NCBI GenBank assembly: GCA_964538235.1
Contig: CAZIFJ010000002.1
Location: forward strand, 1-51,483
Direction: 5' to 3'
Length of the DNA: 51,483 bases
Source: Candidatus Woesearchaeota archaeon
Lineage (GTDB): Archaea; Nanobdellota; Nanobdellia; Pacearchaeales; GW2011-AR1
Shown: piece after piece, positions 8,532 to 17,433 of the stretch
Layout: every line of letters starts with the position of its first letter
Position numbering within the stretch: the first letter of the stretch is position 1
The notes under the pieces: model-generated
What the model saw: only the letters and a program-made list of their open reading frames with translations
Told to the model about the DNA's origin: nothing
Database searches by the model: none
Program-made: the position numbers and the translations under genes

Positions 8532-10343
8532 ATGGTAGAAAATAATTCTTTTTTAGATAAGGTGCTTAACAATTTTATAAATTTTATTTATTCTCCTTCT
8601 AAAAAATATGAAAGAATATTAATTTTTTTAGTAATTATAGGTTTTATTTTAAGACTTGCGGCTGCCCTTAATTTAGATGTGCTTGCCGATGATATGGTTT
8701 ATGCTTCTCAAAGTGCAGGAATATTAGATGCAAAAGTTTTGTCTACTCACTCAAATCCTCCACTATTTTTCTATCTAACAGATATAGCTTATCAAATATT
8801 TGGATACACCACATTTGCTTCTAGATTTTGGCCTCTTATTTATGGAACTATGCTAATTATTATTGTTTTTTTAATTGGTAAATTTTTCTTTGATGAGAAA
8901 ACAGGACTCGCGGCTGCTTTTTTTGCAACTTTCTCTAATTTTTTGGTAAGAATGACTTTTACTGAGGCGGCCCTTATTGTTTTCTTTTTCTGTTTTCTTG
9001 GGGCTTATTTTGGTTTGATTTATTTAAAGAAAAGAGAGTTGAAGTGGCTTGTTTTGTCAGGGGTTGTTTTTGGCCTTGGATTGCTGACTAAATACAATAC
9101 TCCTTTCTTTATTATGTCTTTCTTGGTTTACTCTGCTTATTTTATTAAATCTAAAAAAGAAATTGTTTTTAGTAAAAATAATATAAAAAATTTATTTATT
9201 TTCATTAGTATTTTATTTTTATTTGCTTTGCCTTTCTTATCTTTTAATTATTTATTATATAAAGATAAGGGGATAGTTGATGTCTATTTTAGCAGAATAA
9301 TAAACTTAGAAAAAACTCAAGAACTTTATGGTGGGCTGGCTGGACAAGGAAATAGCTTCTTTGATAATTTATTAAATATAAAAAATTATGGAAATTATTC
9401 TTTGTTATATCATACAGATATAGTCATATTAATTTTTTCTTTATTTGGAATATTTTTATGGATTAAAGATAAAAGAAAGCATGAGCTTGTTTTTTTTATT
9501 ATATTTTTAGTTATTCCATTTGTTTTGCAAAGTGCTGGATCCCCTTTACAAAAACACTTTTCTTTTATGATAATATTATTTTCTTTACCAGCCGGATATA
9601 GTATTAATTTTATATTTGAAAAGATTTCTAGTTGGAAAATGATTTTTCTTATTGCTATTCTACTTTCTGCTTTTCTAATTTATAATCTAAATATTGCTTA
9701 TGGAACTCCACAAAACTATTTTTCTAAAAGTCCTACTTCACAATTGAAAAGTTGGATAAATAGTAATGTAGAAGAAAACAGTCTTATAGTTTTTGATTCA
9801 AGAATATATCCTGCAAGATCTATTTGGGCAGCAACACCTAAAAATTTTCTTTTATTAGATCAATTCTTTTCTTTCTATGAAATAAATCAAAATATTAGTT
9901 CTGAAAAAATACCAACAAAAATTCATATTGTAGAATGTGCTATTGATGATTGTGGCTTAGGATGGGTAAAAGACAACTCTGAATTTAATATTTCTTCTGA
10001 AAATGTTTTAAATGTTTTAAAAAATAATTCAAATTTGGAAGAAATTATTTATTTAAAGCAGAAAAATGAAGGTAAGGAAGAAATATATAGATTATATAAT
10101 ATAAATATCCCAATTCATCCTTCGCTTTTAGAACAGACTAAATTAATACAACAGTTCTATTTCACACCCTATCTATATAAAAATATGAATAATTATATTT
10201 TCTCTTTAAGTGATAAAAATATAATTATCAAAGATTTATCTCTACTAATAATTTATTTATCTATTTTCTTAACTTTTATATTTTTAGTATATTCCTCTCT
10301 TATAATTATCACAAAACCCTTCGGGTTTTCTACTCCACACTAA
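8532..10343 (+). CDS. GT-C fold membrane glycosyltransferase (ArnT/PMT, GT39/GT83-like)
   Basis: 603 aa. More than 10 TM helices in the N-terminal 400 aa with an early acidic loop (LDVLADDMVYAS), followed by a soluble C-terminal domain. The last 11 codons and the TAA stop lie inside repeat 10308-10436. Confidence 0.7.
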   Translation: MVENNSFLDKVLNNFINFIYSPSKKYERILIFLVIIGFILRLAAALNLDVLADDMVYASQSAGILDAKVLSTHSNPPLFFYLTDIAYQIFGYTTFASRFWPLIYGTMLIIIVFLIGKFFFDEKTGLAAAFFATFSNFLVRMTFTEAALIVFFFCFLGAYFGLIYLKKRELKWLVLSGVVFGLGLLTKYNTPFFIMSFLVYSAYFIKSKKEIVFSKNNIKNLFIFISILFLFALPFLSFNYLLYKDKGIVDVYFSRIINLEKTQELYGGLAGQGNSFFDNLLNIKNYGNYSLLYHTDIVILIFSLFGIFLWIKDKRKHELVFFIIFLVIPFVLQSAGSPLQKHFSFMIILFSLPAGYSINFIFEKISSWKMIFLIAILLSAFLIYNLNIAYGTPQNYFSKSPTSQLKSWINSNVEENSLIVFDSRIYPARSIWAATPKNFLLLDQFFSFYEINQNISSEKIPTKIHIVECAIDDCGLGWVKDNSEFNISSENVLNVLKNNSNLEEIIYLKQKNEGKEEIYRLYNINIPIHPSLLEQTKLIQQFYFTPYLYKNMNNYIFSLSDKNIIIKDLSLLIIYLSIFLTFIFLVYSSLIIITKPFGFSTPH

Positions 10344-10436
10344 AGTGTGGAGTTTGTTCGTGGTTTTGTGATTACCGTGGAAAATCGACAGGAATACAAC
10401 TCCAATCTAAAGATTGGAGATTTTCAACGAGTATTA
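10308..10436 (+). repeat. Type A nested-hairpin mosaic repeat (long form)
   Basis: atcacaaaacc..ggttttgtg encloses ctccacac-taaa-gtgtggag. The second unit carries ctccaatc-taaa-gattggag and ends aacgagtatta. Collinear with 4-126, with different but still complementary stems. Confidence 0.85.
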
Positions 10437-10449
10437 ATTAATTAATATA

Positions 10450-10456
10450 TTTAAAC
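10450..10456 (+). promoter_or_regulatory. Putative TATA box for the flippase gene
   Basis: atatttaaac ends 20 nt upstream of ATG 10476 and lies directly downstream of the repeat. Confidence 0.45.
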
Positions 10457-10475
10457 TCATATTTCATATTATATA

Positions 10476-12023
10476 ATGACTGAATATGAATTAAATTCAT
10501 CTTTAAAACTGCTAGCTAAAAGCTCAGTAATAATATTATTTTTTGTTATTATTTCAAAATTATTAACATATTTTTATAGAATAGTTATCGCTAGAAATTT
10601 TGGGCCAGAAATTTATGGAGTATATTCGTTAGCTTTTATTATTATATCATTAGTTGCGTCCTTAGCTTCATTGGGTCTTAGCGAAGGTCTCCTAAGATAT
10701 CTCTCTCTTTATAGAAAAGAAGAAGATTTGAAAAAAGCAAAATATTTGCTAAACTTAACATTGGTCGTTTCTTTTTTTATGTCTATTTTAGTTTCGTTAT
10801 CACTTTTTTTTCTTTCAGAATATATATCTTTAAATATCTTTAAAGAAGAAAAATTGGTGATCTTTCTTGGATTTTTTAGCCTTACTATTCCATTAGTTGT
10901 TTTTTCGGGAATTTTTCTCTCTGTTTTGAAAGCAAATGAAAAAATCATTACCTATTCATTCATTGTAAACATTTTACAAAATGGTATTAAATTTATCACA
11001 TTAATAATTTTAATATACTTCCAGATTAGTTTTAGTTCAATAATATATTCATATATATTTTCGGCCATCGTTTTATTTATTATATCATATAAAACTTCTG
11101 AAAGTTATATTCTAAAAATATTTAAAAGTCCTCCATTAAATAATAATGAGAAAAAAATTCTAGAAAATGATTTTTTTGAATACTCCTGGCCAATTATGTT
11201 TTTAAGCTTAACCGGAATGTTATTTTATTGGACAGATTCTTTTGTAATAGGATACTTTCAAGGCGTGGAATATTTAGGATTTTATAATGTTGCTTTTACA
11301 ATCGTTGGATTGTTAGGAATAGGTCCAGAATTGTTCATGCAGTTGTTTTTTCCTTTAATAATGGGGGAATACTCTAAAAATAACATATCAATTATAAAAG
11401 ACCTATCCAAACAAGTAGAAAAATGGATATTAATAATTAACATCCCAATTTTCATATTAATATTTTTATTTCCTGGTTCATTTATTAATATTTTGTTTGG
11501 GCAAGAATTTTTGGCTGGTGAAGAACCCTTGAGGATTCTTTGCATTGGTAGTATAGCAGCTTCCATCTTTATTCCCTTATCAAATAATCTTCTTTCTATG
11601 AAAGGAAAATCTAGATTAATACTTTACAATTTAATCTTGATATCTATTTTTAATTTTATAGCTAATATTCTTCTTGTTCCCACACTTGGTCTTAATGGTG
11701 CTGCTATTTCTACCACAATCTCTTGGATAATTCTCTCAATGATACTTATATTTCAGATAAAAAGACATCTTTTATTTATACCAATAAAAAAAGATATGAT
11801 TAAAATATTCTTTATATCTTTATTACCTACTCTATTATTAGTTTTAATAAAAGATTACATGAAATCGGATTATTATAAAATAATTCTCGCTGGTATAATT
11901 TTCTTGGCATTTTACACTATATTAATCATTTATTCTAAATGTTTAGATAAAAATGATTTAATGATTGTTAATGCTTTAAAAAATAAGATTTTCAGAGATA
12001 CCTTGAAGAAGGAAATTAAATAA
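10476..12023 (+). CDS. Wzx-like oligosaccharide/polysaccharide flippase (MOP superfamily)
   Basis: 515 aa with about 14 TM helices. N-terminal pattern KSSVIILFFVIISKLLTYFYRIVIARNFGPEIYG is typical of polysaccharide biosynthesis (Wzx/RfbX) proteins. Confidence 0.75.
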   Translation: MTEYELNSSLKLLAKSSVIILFFVIISKLLTYFYRIVIARNFGPEIYGVYSLAFIIISLVASLASLGLSEGLLRYLSLYRKEEDLKKAKYLLNLTLVVSFFMSILVSLSLFFLSEYISLNIFKEEKLVIFLGFFSLTIPLVVFSGIFLSVLKANEKIITYSFIVNILQNGIKFITLIILIYFQISFSSIIYSYIFSAIVLFIISYKTSESYILKIFKSPPLNNNEKKILENDFFEYSWPIMFLSLTGMLFYWTDSFVIGYFQGVEYLGFYNVAFTIVGLLGIGPELFMQLFFPLIMGEYSKNNISIIKDLSKQVEKWILIINIPIFILIFLFPGSFINILFGQEFLAGEEPLRILCIGSIAASIFIPLSNNLLSMKGKSRLILYNLILISIFNFIANILLVPTLGLNGAAISTTISWIILSMILIFQIKRHLLFIPIKKDMIKIFFISLLPTLLLVLIKDYMKSDYYKIILAGIIFLAFYTILIIYSKCLDKNDLMIVNALKNKIFRDTLKKEIK

Positions 12024-12963
12024 TTTCTTTATTTTTTTTAAACCAATCAATTGTTTTTAATAACCCTTTATCTATGTTCATATTGGGACTAAAGCCAATT
12101 TTTTTTATACATTTAGTACTATCAAGACATCTTCTTAATTGCCCTTCTGGTTTTTTAGAATCATATTCTATCTTTCCATTAAATTTATATATTTTACCTA
12201 ATTTCTCCACTAAATTTTTTATTGATATTTCTTCAGAGGAGCCCATGTTTAATGGTTCTAAATCTTCGTAATTTTTTATTGCTAAAATTATTCCTTTTGC
12301 AGCATCTTCCACATACAGAAACTCTCTTGATACATTTCCGCCACCCCATATTTCAATTCTATTTCTTTTTTTACAAGTTGCTTCATCAAATTTTTTTATT
12401 AAAGAAGGAATAACATGAGAATGTGAAGAAGAAAAATGGTCTCTTGGGCCATATAAATTAGCAAGGATTAAATAAATTCCTTTAAGCCCGTATTGTTTTC
12501 TATAGGCTTGCAATTGTACAAGAAGCATTTTATTTGCTATTCCAAGTGGAGCAAGAGTCTCTTCTGGGTATCCAGACCAAAAATCAGATTCTTTCAATGG
12601 AATTGGTGCTGAAAATGGATAAGCTAAAGCTGTTCCAATTGCAATAAATTTTTTAACATTATTTTTTCTTGCAACATCTATTAAATTCGCGCCCATAACA
12701 AGATTATCATAATATACTGCACCAATATTTTCTTTATTATATAAAATATTTCCTGCAGAAATAGCACAATGGATAATTAAATCTGCTTTAAACTTTCTAA
12801 ATAATTTTTCAATATCTTCTTTTTTTCTTAAATCATATTCCCTACTTCGGGGAATAAAGATATCTTCTTTAAGAACGCCCTCTTCTTTAATCATCTTTTC
12901 AATAAGGTGACTACCCAAAAATCCTGCTCCGCCTGTGACGATTATTTTTTTATAATTTAACAT
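12016..12963 (-). CDS. fcl: GDP-L-fucose synthase (GDP-4-keto-6-deoxymannose 3,5-epimerase/4-reductase)
   Basis: VTGGAGFLGSHL, ANLYGPRDHF..SHVIPSLIKKF, REFLYVEDAAKGI. These resemble the Fcl motifs NLYGPHDNF and SHVIPALLRRF. gmd is located nearby. Confidence 0.8.
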   Translation of the reverse strand: MLNYKKIIVTGGAGFLGSHLIEKMIKEEGVLKEDIFIPRSREYDLRKKEDIEKLFRKFKADLIIHCAISAGNILYNKENIGAVYYDNLVMGANLIDVARKNNVKKFIAIGTALAYPFSAPIPLKESDFWSGYPEETLAPLGIANKMLLVQLQAYRKQYGLKGIYLILANLYGPRDHFSSSHSHVIPSLIKKFDEATCKKRNRIEIWGGGNVSREFLYVEDAAKGIILAIKNYEDLEPLNMGSSEEISIKNLVEKLGKIYKFNGKIEYDSKKPEGQLRRCLDSTKCIKKIGFSPNMNIDKGLLKTIDWFKKNKEII

Positions 12964-13039
12964 AAATATAAAAAAATTTTGAGATTATATACTTTTGCAT
13001 AAAAACGCTAAAATTTATAAGCTATTTAAGCCAGCATCT

Positions 13040-13513
13040 ATGATGATAAAATTAAATGTTTGGAAAGATGCAAAAGAACCTCTAGAAGTTCTTGAAGATC
13101 AAAGAGGGATAATTGCAGATATTTTTTATAAGAAAAATATTAATCATGTTGCCATAATAAAATCAAAAGCAGGTGTTAGAAGGGGGGATCATTATCATAA
13201 ACAAACTACCCAACATATGTTAATGACAAGTGGTTCCTTGGTTTATGTTTATCAACCAGTTGATAAGAGTCAACCTGTAAAACATATATTAGCAAAAGAA
13301 GGGGATCTCGTTTCAACAGGACCTTTTGAAATTCATACTTTATTATTTCCAGAAGATAATGAATTTATTGTGTTCAGCGAAGGTTTAAGGGGTGGGAAAG
13401 ATTATGAAAAAGACACCTATAGAGTTGAGCCTTTAGTCCTTCCTTTAGAAATAAAAAAATTAGTTAGTAAAGACCCTTCTTTAATAAGAAAAGAACATAA
13501 AGTCAGAAAGTGA
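13040..13513 (+). CDS. Cupin-fold sugar isomerase/epimerase (FdtA/WxcM/RmlC-like)
   Basis: DQRGIIADIF...RRGDHYHKQTTQHMLMTSGSL...HTLLFPEDNEFIVFSE is a cupin pattern. Start set at ATG 13040, because the ORF-track TTG 12995 lies upstream of a TATA-like aaatttataag. Paralog of 35372-35821. Confidence 0.65.
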   Translation: MMIKLNVWKDAKEPLEVLEDQRGIIADIFYKKNINHVAIIKSKAGVRRGDHYHKQTTQHMLMTSGSLVYVYQPVDKSQPVKHILAKEGDLVSTGPFEIHTLLFPEDNEFIVFSEGLRGGKDYEKDTYRVEPLVLPLEIKKLVSKDPSLIRKEHKVRK

Positions 13514-13790
13514 GCTATAAGTATATTTTTTTATCTTGTTTATAATTTTTGTTGTTGATATTTTTTCAAATTCTTCAGGACAATATCTAGGTAAAATAAC
13601 AGATTCAACTTTATTGTCTTTCGCAATCTTTCTTCTTTCTTCTATTTTTCCACCAAAAAAACACCATTGTCCAGGATTCCAAATATAGTTCAAATCTTTT
13701 CTTTGTAGTAAAACTTCATATTTAGAAGTTAAAGGAATTAATACTGCGACATTATCTAATTTAACTATTAGTAAAAAAAGATACGTCCTA
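13481..13790 (-). pseudogene. Possible decayed Nudix-hydrolase remnant
   Basis: The minus-strand frame reads ..KLDNVAVLIPLTSKYEVLLQRKDLNYIWNPGQWCFFGGKIEE... The beta-strand plus GxW.FPGG-like start of a Nudix fold is present, but the REUxEE part of the Nudix box is absent. There is no ATG, and it overlaps the cupin 3' end. Confidence 0.3.
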
Positions 13791-13825
13791 TTTAAATATT
13801 TGTAATTTTAAAGTTATAATTAATT

Positions 13826-14920
13826 TTATAATAGTTTATGAAAATCGTTTTTAGAAATAATTTCTTTTGCTTTTTCTATATAATATCCTTTTTCTTTTAT
13901 AATATTAGGTTCGATTGGAATAATTCCGGTTTCTTCAAGTTTTTCTTTCAAATCTGCTTCAAGCATCATATATGCAACTTCTTTAAACTTAACTTTGGGA
14001 TCCCAACCGAGAAGCATTTTTGCTTTTGATGAGTCTCCAAGCAAAGCTGGAACTTCTGCTGGACGTTGAAATTGATGGTTAGTAATTAAATATTTTTCAT
14101 AATTTAGCCCTAATAAACTAAATGCCTCGTTTAAGAATTCTCTAACAGTATGAGTTTCTCCTGTTGCGATGACAAAATCATCAGGTTTATCTTGTTGTAA
14201 GATATTCCACATGGCTTGTATATATTCTCCAGAGAATCCCCAATCTCTTTTTGCATCTAAATTTCCAAGATGTATTTTATCAATTTCCCCAACAACTATT
14301 TTAGCAATTTCTTTTGTTATTTTTCTTGTGACAAAATTATATCCTCTTCTTGGAGATTCGTGATTAAATAGTATTCCATTCGCTGCAAATAATCCATATG
14401 CATTTCTATAGAGCCTAGTTAAATGATAAGCAGCAAGTTTTGCGATGCCGTATGGACTTTGGGGAAGCATTGGAGTTGTTTCGCTCTGTGGGGGTGGGGA
14501 AATACCGAACATTTCAGAAGATGAAGCTTGATAAAATTTACATTTTGATTTCATTTGTTTCAAAGTCTCAAGAATTCTTAGAACACCTAAAGTATTAATA
14601 TTCATGGTTGATTCTGCATTATCAAAACTTATTCCTACATGACTTTGAGAAGCAAGATTGTATATTTCATCAGGTTGAAATTTTTCTATAAGATTTTTAA
14701 TACTTAAAGAATCAGTTAGATCTGCATATTTCACAACAAAAGAAGAATTTAAATCATCAGAAGGAGGATATTTTTTTATTAAGTGTTCTATTCTATTAGT
14801 ATTTGGAAGACTCGCTCTTCTAATTATCCCTCTAACTTTATATCCTTTATTTAAAAGAAATTCTGTAAGATAAGATCCATCTTGCCCTCCAATGCCAGTA
14901 ATAAGAGCTACTTTCTGCAT
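13826..14920 (-). CDS. gmd: GDP-mannose 4,6-dehydratase
   Basis: MQKVALITGIGGQDGSYLTEFLLNKGYKVRGIIRRAS..NTNRIEHL, SSSEMFG, YGIAKLAAYH, GILFNHESPRRG. Canonical Gmd. Confidence 0.93.
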   Translation of the reverse strand: MQKVALITGIGGQDGSYLTEFLLNKGYKVRGIIRRASLPNTNRIEHLIKKYPPSDDLNSSFVVKYADLTDSLSIKNLIEKFQPDEIYNLASQSHVGISFDNAESTMNINTLGVLRILETLKQMKSKCKFYQASSSEMFGISPPPQSETTPMLPQSPYGIAKLAAYHLTRLYRNAYGLFAANGILFNHESPRRGYNFVTRKITKEIAKIVVGEIDKIHLGNLDAKRDWGFSGEYIQAMWNILQQDKPDDFVIATGETHTVREFLNEAFSLLGLNYEKYLITNHQFQRPAEVPALLGDSSKAKMLLGWDPKVKFKEVAYMMLEADLKEKLEETGIIPIEPNIIKEKGYYIEKAKEIISKNDFHKLL

Positions 14921-15001
14921 GAAAGTTATTAAAAAATAGGTTATTTAAAGATTTAGTAATTTTGAGCTATATAATAATTATAAAAAATAAAATAAAAGCT
15001 T

Positions 15002-15009
15002 TTTAAATA
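15002..15009 (+). promoter_or_regulatory. Putative TATA box for the SDR gene
   Basis: tttaaata lies 19 nt upstream of ATG 15028. Confidence 0.4.
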
Positions 15010-15027
15010 AATATAACATATTTTCTT

Positions 15028-15981
15028 ATGGTAAAAAAAACTTTTCTTATAACTGGAAACTGTGGTTATGTTGGATCCGTTTTGACAGAAGAATGTTTAA
15101 AAAATAATCATCAGGTAATTGGTTACGATATCCTAATGCATGGAAAAGAACATCTTAATCACTTAGAAAAAAATCCTAATTTAAAGATAATAAATGGAGA
15201 TATACGAGACCTTAATAAGATAGAACCTCTAATAAAAGAAAGTGATATTTTAGTTCATCTTGCAGCCATAGCTAGAGTTGATAATTGTATAAATTTAGAA
15301 AAAGAAATGGAGGATATTAATACAAATTCCAGTATTTCTATTGCTAGTCTATGCGATAAATACAATAAAAAATTTATTTTTGCTTCTAGTTGTAGTGTAT
15401 ACGGTCTTATGGATAATAACAAAGAAGTCGAAGAAAATTCCCCTCTTTTACCAACAACAATATATGCAAGAACAAAACTTGCGGCTGAAAAAGGAATATT
15501 AAATATTAATAAAAAAGCAATAATTCTTAGATTTGCTACGGCTTATGGTCAATCTCCTAGAATGAGATATGATTTATTTATTAATGAAATTATTAGAGAT
15601 GCTTATATTAAGAAAAAAATAGATCTATTTGACCCTAATGTTTGGAGATGTTATATTCACATAAAGGATATGTCTAAAGCAATTTTATTTTTTAGTAAAA
15701 AAGAAAAAATAGAGGGTAATATTTTTAACATTGGATCCAGAGAACAGAATTTAACAAAAGAAAAAATAATAGATGTAATGGAAAAAATTATTGGATATTT
15801 TGAAATTAATCTTATTAGAGATAAAAAAGACCCTAGAGATTATATAATTAATTTTAATAGGGCTTATTTAGAAGGATTTAAGGTTGATAAAAATATTGAA
15901 TTTGGGATAAAAGAAATGTTAGATAATTTAATTAAAAAAGAAATAGACCCCTATGATATTAAATTTACAAATTATAAATAG
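15028..15981 (+). CDS. NAD-dependent nucleotide-sugar epimerase/dehydratase (extended SDR)
   Basis: LITGNCGYVGSVL, ASSCSVYG, YARTKLAAEK (YxxxK). Confidence 0.8.
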   Translation: MVKKTFLITGNCGYVGSVLTEECLKNNHQVIGYDILMHGKEHLNHLEKNPNLKIINGDIRDLNKIEPLIKESDILVHLAAIARVDNCINLEKEMEDINTNSSISIASLCDKYNKKFIFASSCSVYGLMDNNKEVEENSPLLPTTIYARTKLAAEKGILNINKKAIILRFATAYGQSPRMRYDLFINEIIRDAYIKKKIDLFDPNVWRCYIHIKDMSKAILFFSKKEKIEGNIFNIGSREQNLTKEKIIDVMEKIIGYFEINLIRDKKDPRDYIINFNRAYLEGFKVDKNIEFGIKEMLDNLIKKEIDPYDIKFTNYK

Positions 15982-15985
15982 AAAT

Positions 15986-17200
15986 TTAATCTGGAATCAA
16001 AAATTTAATACTTGGATTAATTTCTAATAATTTTTCTTTTAATTGATCTGCAATATTCCAAGATAAAATAAGAGCATGCACATCATCATATTTTTTCAAT
16101 ATCTCATCACCCCGAATTGGTATCCTTGTTCCAGGGGTAAATTTTTCTTTTTTGTGCTCAGATGTGTCAGTAACATAATCTATAATATTATTATTTAAAT
16201 TATAAAAATTTAAAAAAGTATTTCCTTTTGCTGCGGCCCCAATGGCGATAATATTCTCCCCTTTATTTTTTATATTATAAATTTTTTCTAAAAATAAAAA
16301 TTTATTTTTATTTAAGTTTTCAATAAATTTATAATATTCTGTTGGATTAAATGTACCAATTCTTTCTTCTTCTGCAATCATTGACGATACTTTTTTAGAT
16401 TCTTCTTTAGTATAATCAATATGTTGAGCCATTATTCTTAATGATCCTCCGTGATAATCTACTATTCTAACCTCGACTATTTTCATTCCCGCCTTTTCAA
16501 GTAAGTTTTTTAAAGATTTAACTGTAAAATAACTTACGTGCTCATGATAAATTTGATCAAACTTCTTTTCTTTGAATCCTATTAACCAATAGGGCTGTTC
16601 AAAAATAAATATTCCATTTGGGGCGAGCACGTTTTTAACTGCTTGGGCAAAGTCTAATGGATTATCTGAATGATTAAAAACATTATTTGCAATTATTAGA
16701 TTAGCTTTTCCATAATTTTTTAAAATAACTTCGCTCGTTTTCTTGTCAAATAGGGTAGTCATTGTTTCTACATTTCTTTTTTTTGCTAAACCAGCCATGT
16801 AAGGGGAAGGGTCTACCCCCAAAACTTTTTTACCCATTTTAACAAAATGCTCTGAAAGATATCCATCATTTGACCCTATTTCCAAGATAAAACAATCTTC
16901 TTTAACTTGATTTTTAGATAATAATTCTAATGCAAATTCATCCCAATGATTTCTTGAAAATTCTGAATTTGAAGAAGTATAAGAATAATCATTACTTACA
17001 TATCTCTCTTTTGGATTTGTAACACACTTTGTTTGAATCTGACCACAATTTTTGCATAAATCGCATATTAAAGGATAAATCATCTCTCCTTCTCCTAATC
17101 TTTCTTTTGGTATAAATGTATCTGCAAATGGATGTAAACCTAAATCTATTATCGTAACAATCTCTTTAGAATTACATATTAAACAGGAAGATCTTTGCAT
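15986..17200 (-). CDS. NDP-hexose C-methyltransferase-like enzyme (Zn-ribbon + class I MTase + C-terminal domain)
   Basis: N-terminal Cys pairs CLICNS...CKNCGQ, then YSYTSS, ILEIGSNDGYL, ANNVFNHSDNP, YHEHVSYF, DYHGGSLR. Clear paralog of the C-terminal half of 35830-38133. Confidence 0.75.
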   Translation of the reverse strand: MQRSSCLICNSKEIVTIIDLGLHPFADTFIPKERLGEGEMIYPLICDLCKNCGQIQTKCVTNPKERYVSNDYSYTSSNSEFSRNHWDEFALELLSKNQVKEDCFILEIGSNDGYLSEHFVKMGKKVLGVDPSPYMAGLAKKRNVETMTTLFDKKTSEVILKNYGKANLIIANNVFNHSDNPLDFAQAVKNVLAPNGIFIFEQPYWLIGFKEKKFDQIYHEHVSYFTVKSLKNLLEKAGMKIVEVRIVDYHGGSLRIMAQHIDYTKEESKKVSSMIAEEERIGTFNPTEYYKFIENLNKNKFLFLEKIYNIKNKGENIIAIGAAAKGNTFLNFYNLNNNIIDYVTDTSEHKKEKFTPGTRIPIRGDEILKKYDDVHALILSWNIADQLKEKLLEINPSIKFLIPD

Positions 17201-17240
17201 ATTATAACTTATAGAAAAATAATACCTTTTAAATATTTAT

Positions 17241-17417
17241 ATCAAAAAAACAATGTGCCACCACACCTTAAAAGGGGTGGTTTGATTGGCGCTTGTTTTT
17301 TGGATGCATGAAAAATCTTTTATGGATTTTTCTGCACAGAGAATTGCCCTCGTCAGCAATTCTCTTGTGCTCACGGCACGCCTCGCCTTAAAAGGCGAGG
17401 TTTTCACGTGCTGTGAC
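17241..17417 (+). repeat. Type B nested-hairpin mosaic repeat, long form (177 nt, four hairpins)
   Basis: atcaaaaaaa terminus. Unit caatgtgcca-ccacacc-ttaaaa-ggggtgg-tttgat-tggcgcttg, then linker ttttttggatgc. A 63-nt extra block follows with the hairpins gaaaaatc/gatttttc and cacagagaattgc/gcaattctcttgtg. Then unit cacggcacg-cctcgcc-ttaaaa-ggcgagg-ttttca-cgtgctgtg, ending gac(at). Apart from the 63-nt block it is the reverse complement of 25411-25524. Confidence 0.85.
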
Positions 17418-17433
17418 ATAACCAAAAACATCT

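Noticed and set aside
12995-13039. N-terminal extensions implied by the ORF-track starts TTG 12995 (cupin), ATG 35252 (cupin), GTG 6740, TTG 28117 and TTG 38201
   Set aside because: In each case a TATA-like box lies inside or just after the proposed extension, and an ATG follows about 20 nt downstream. The extensions add non-homologous or hydrophobic junk to otherwise compact domains.
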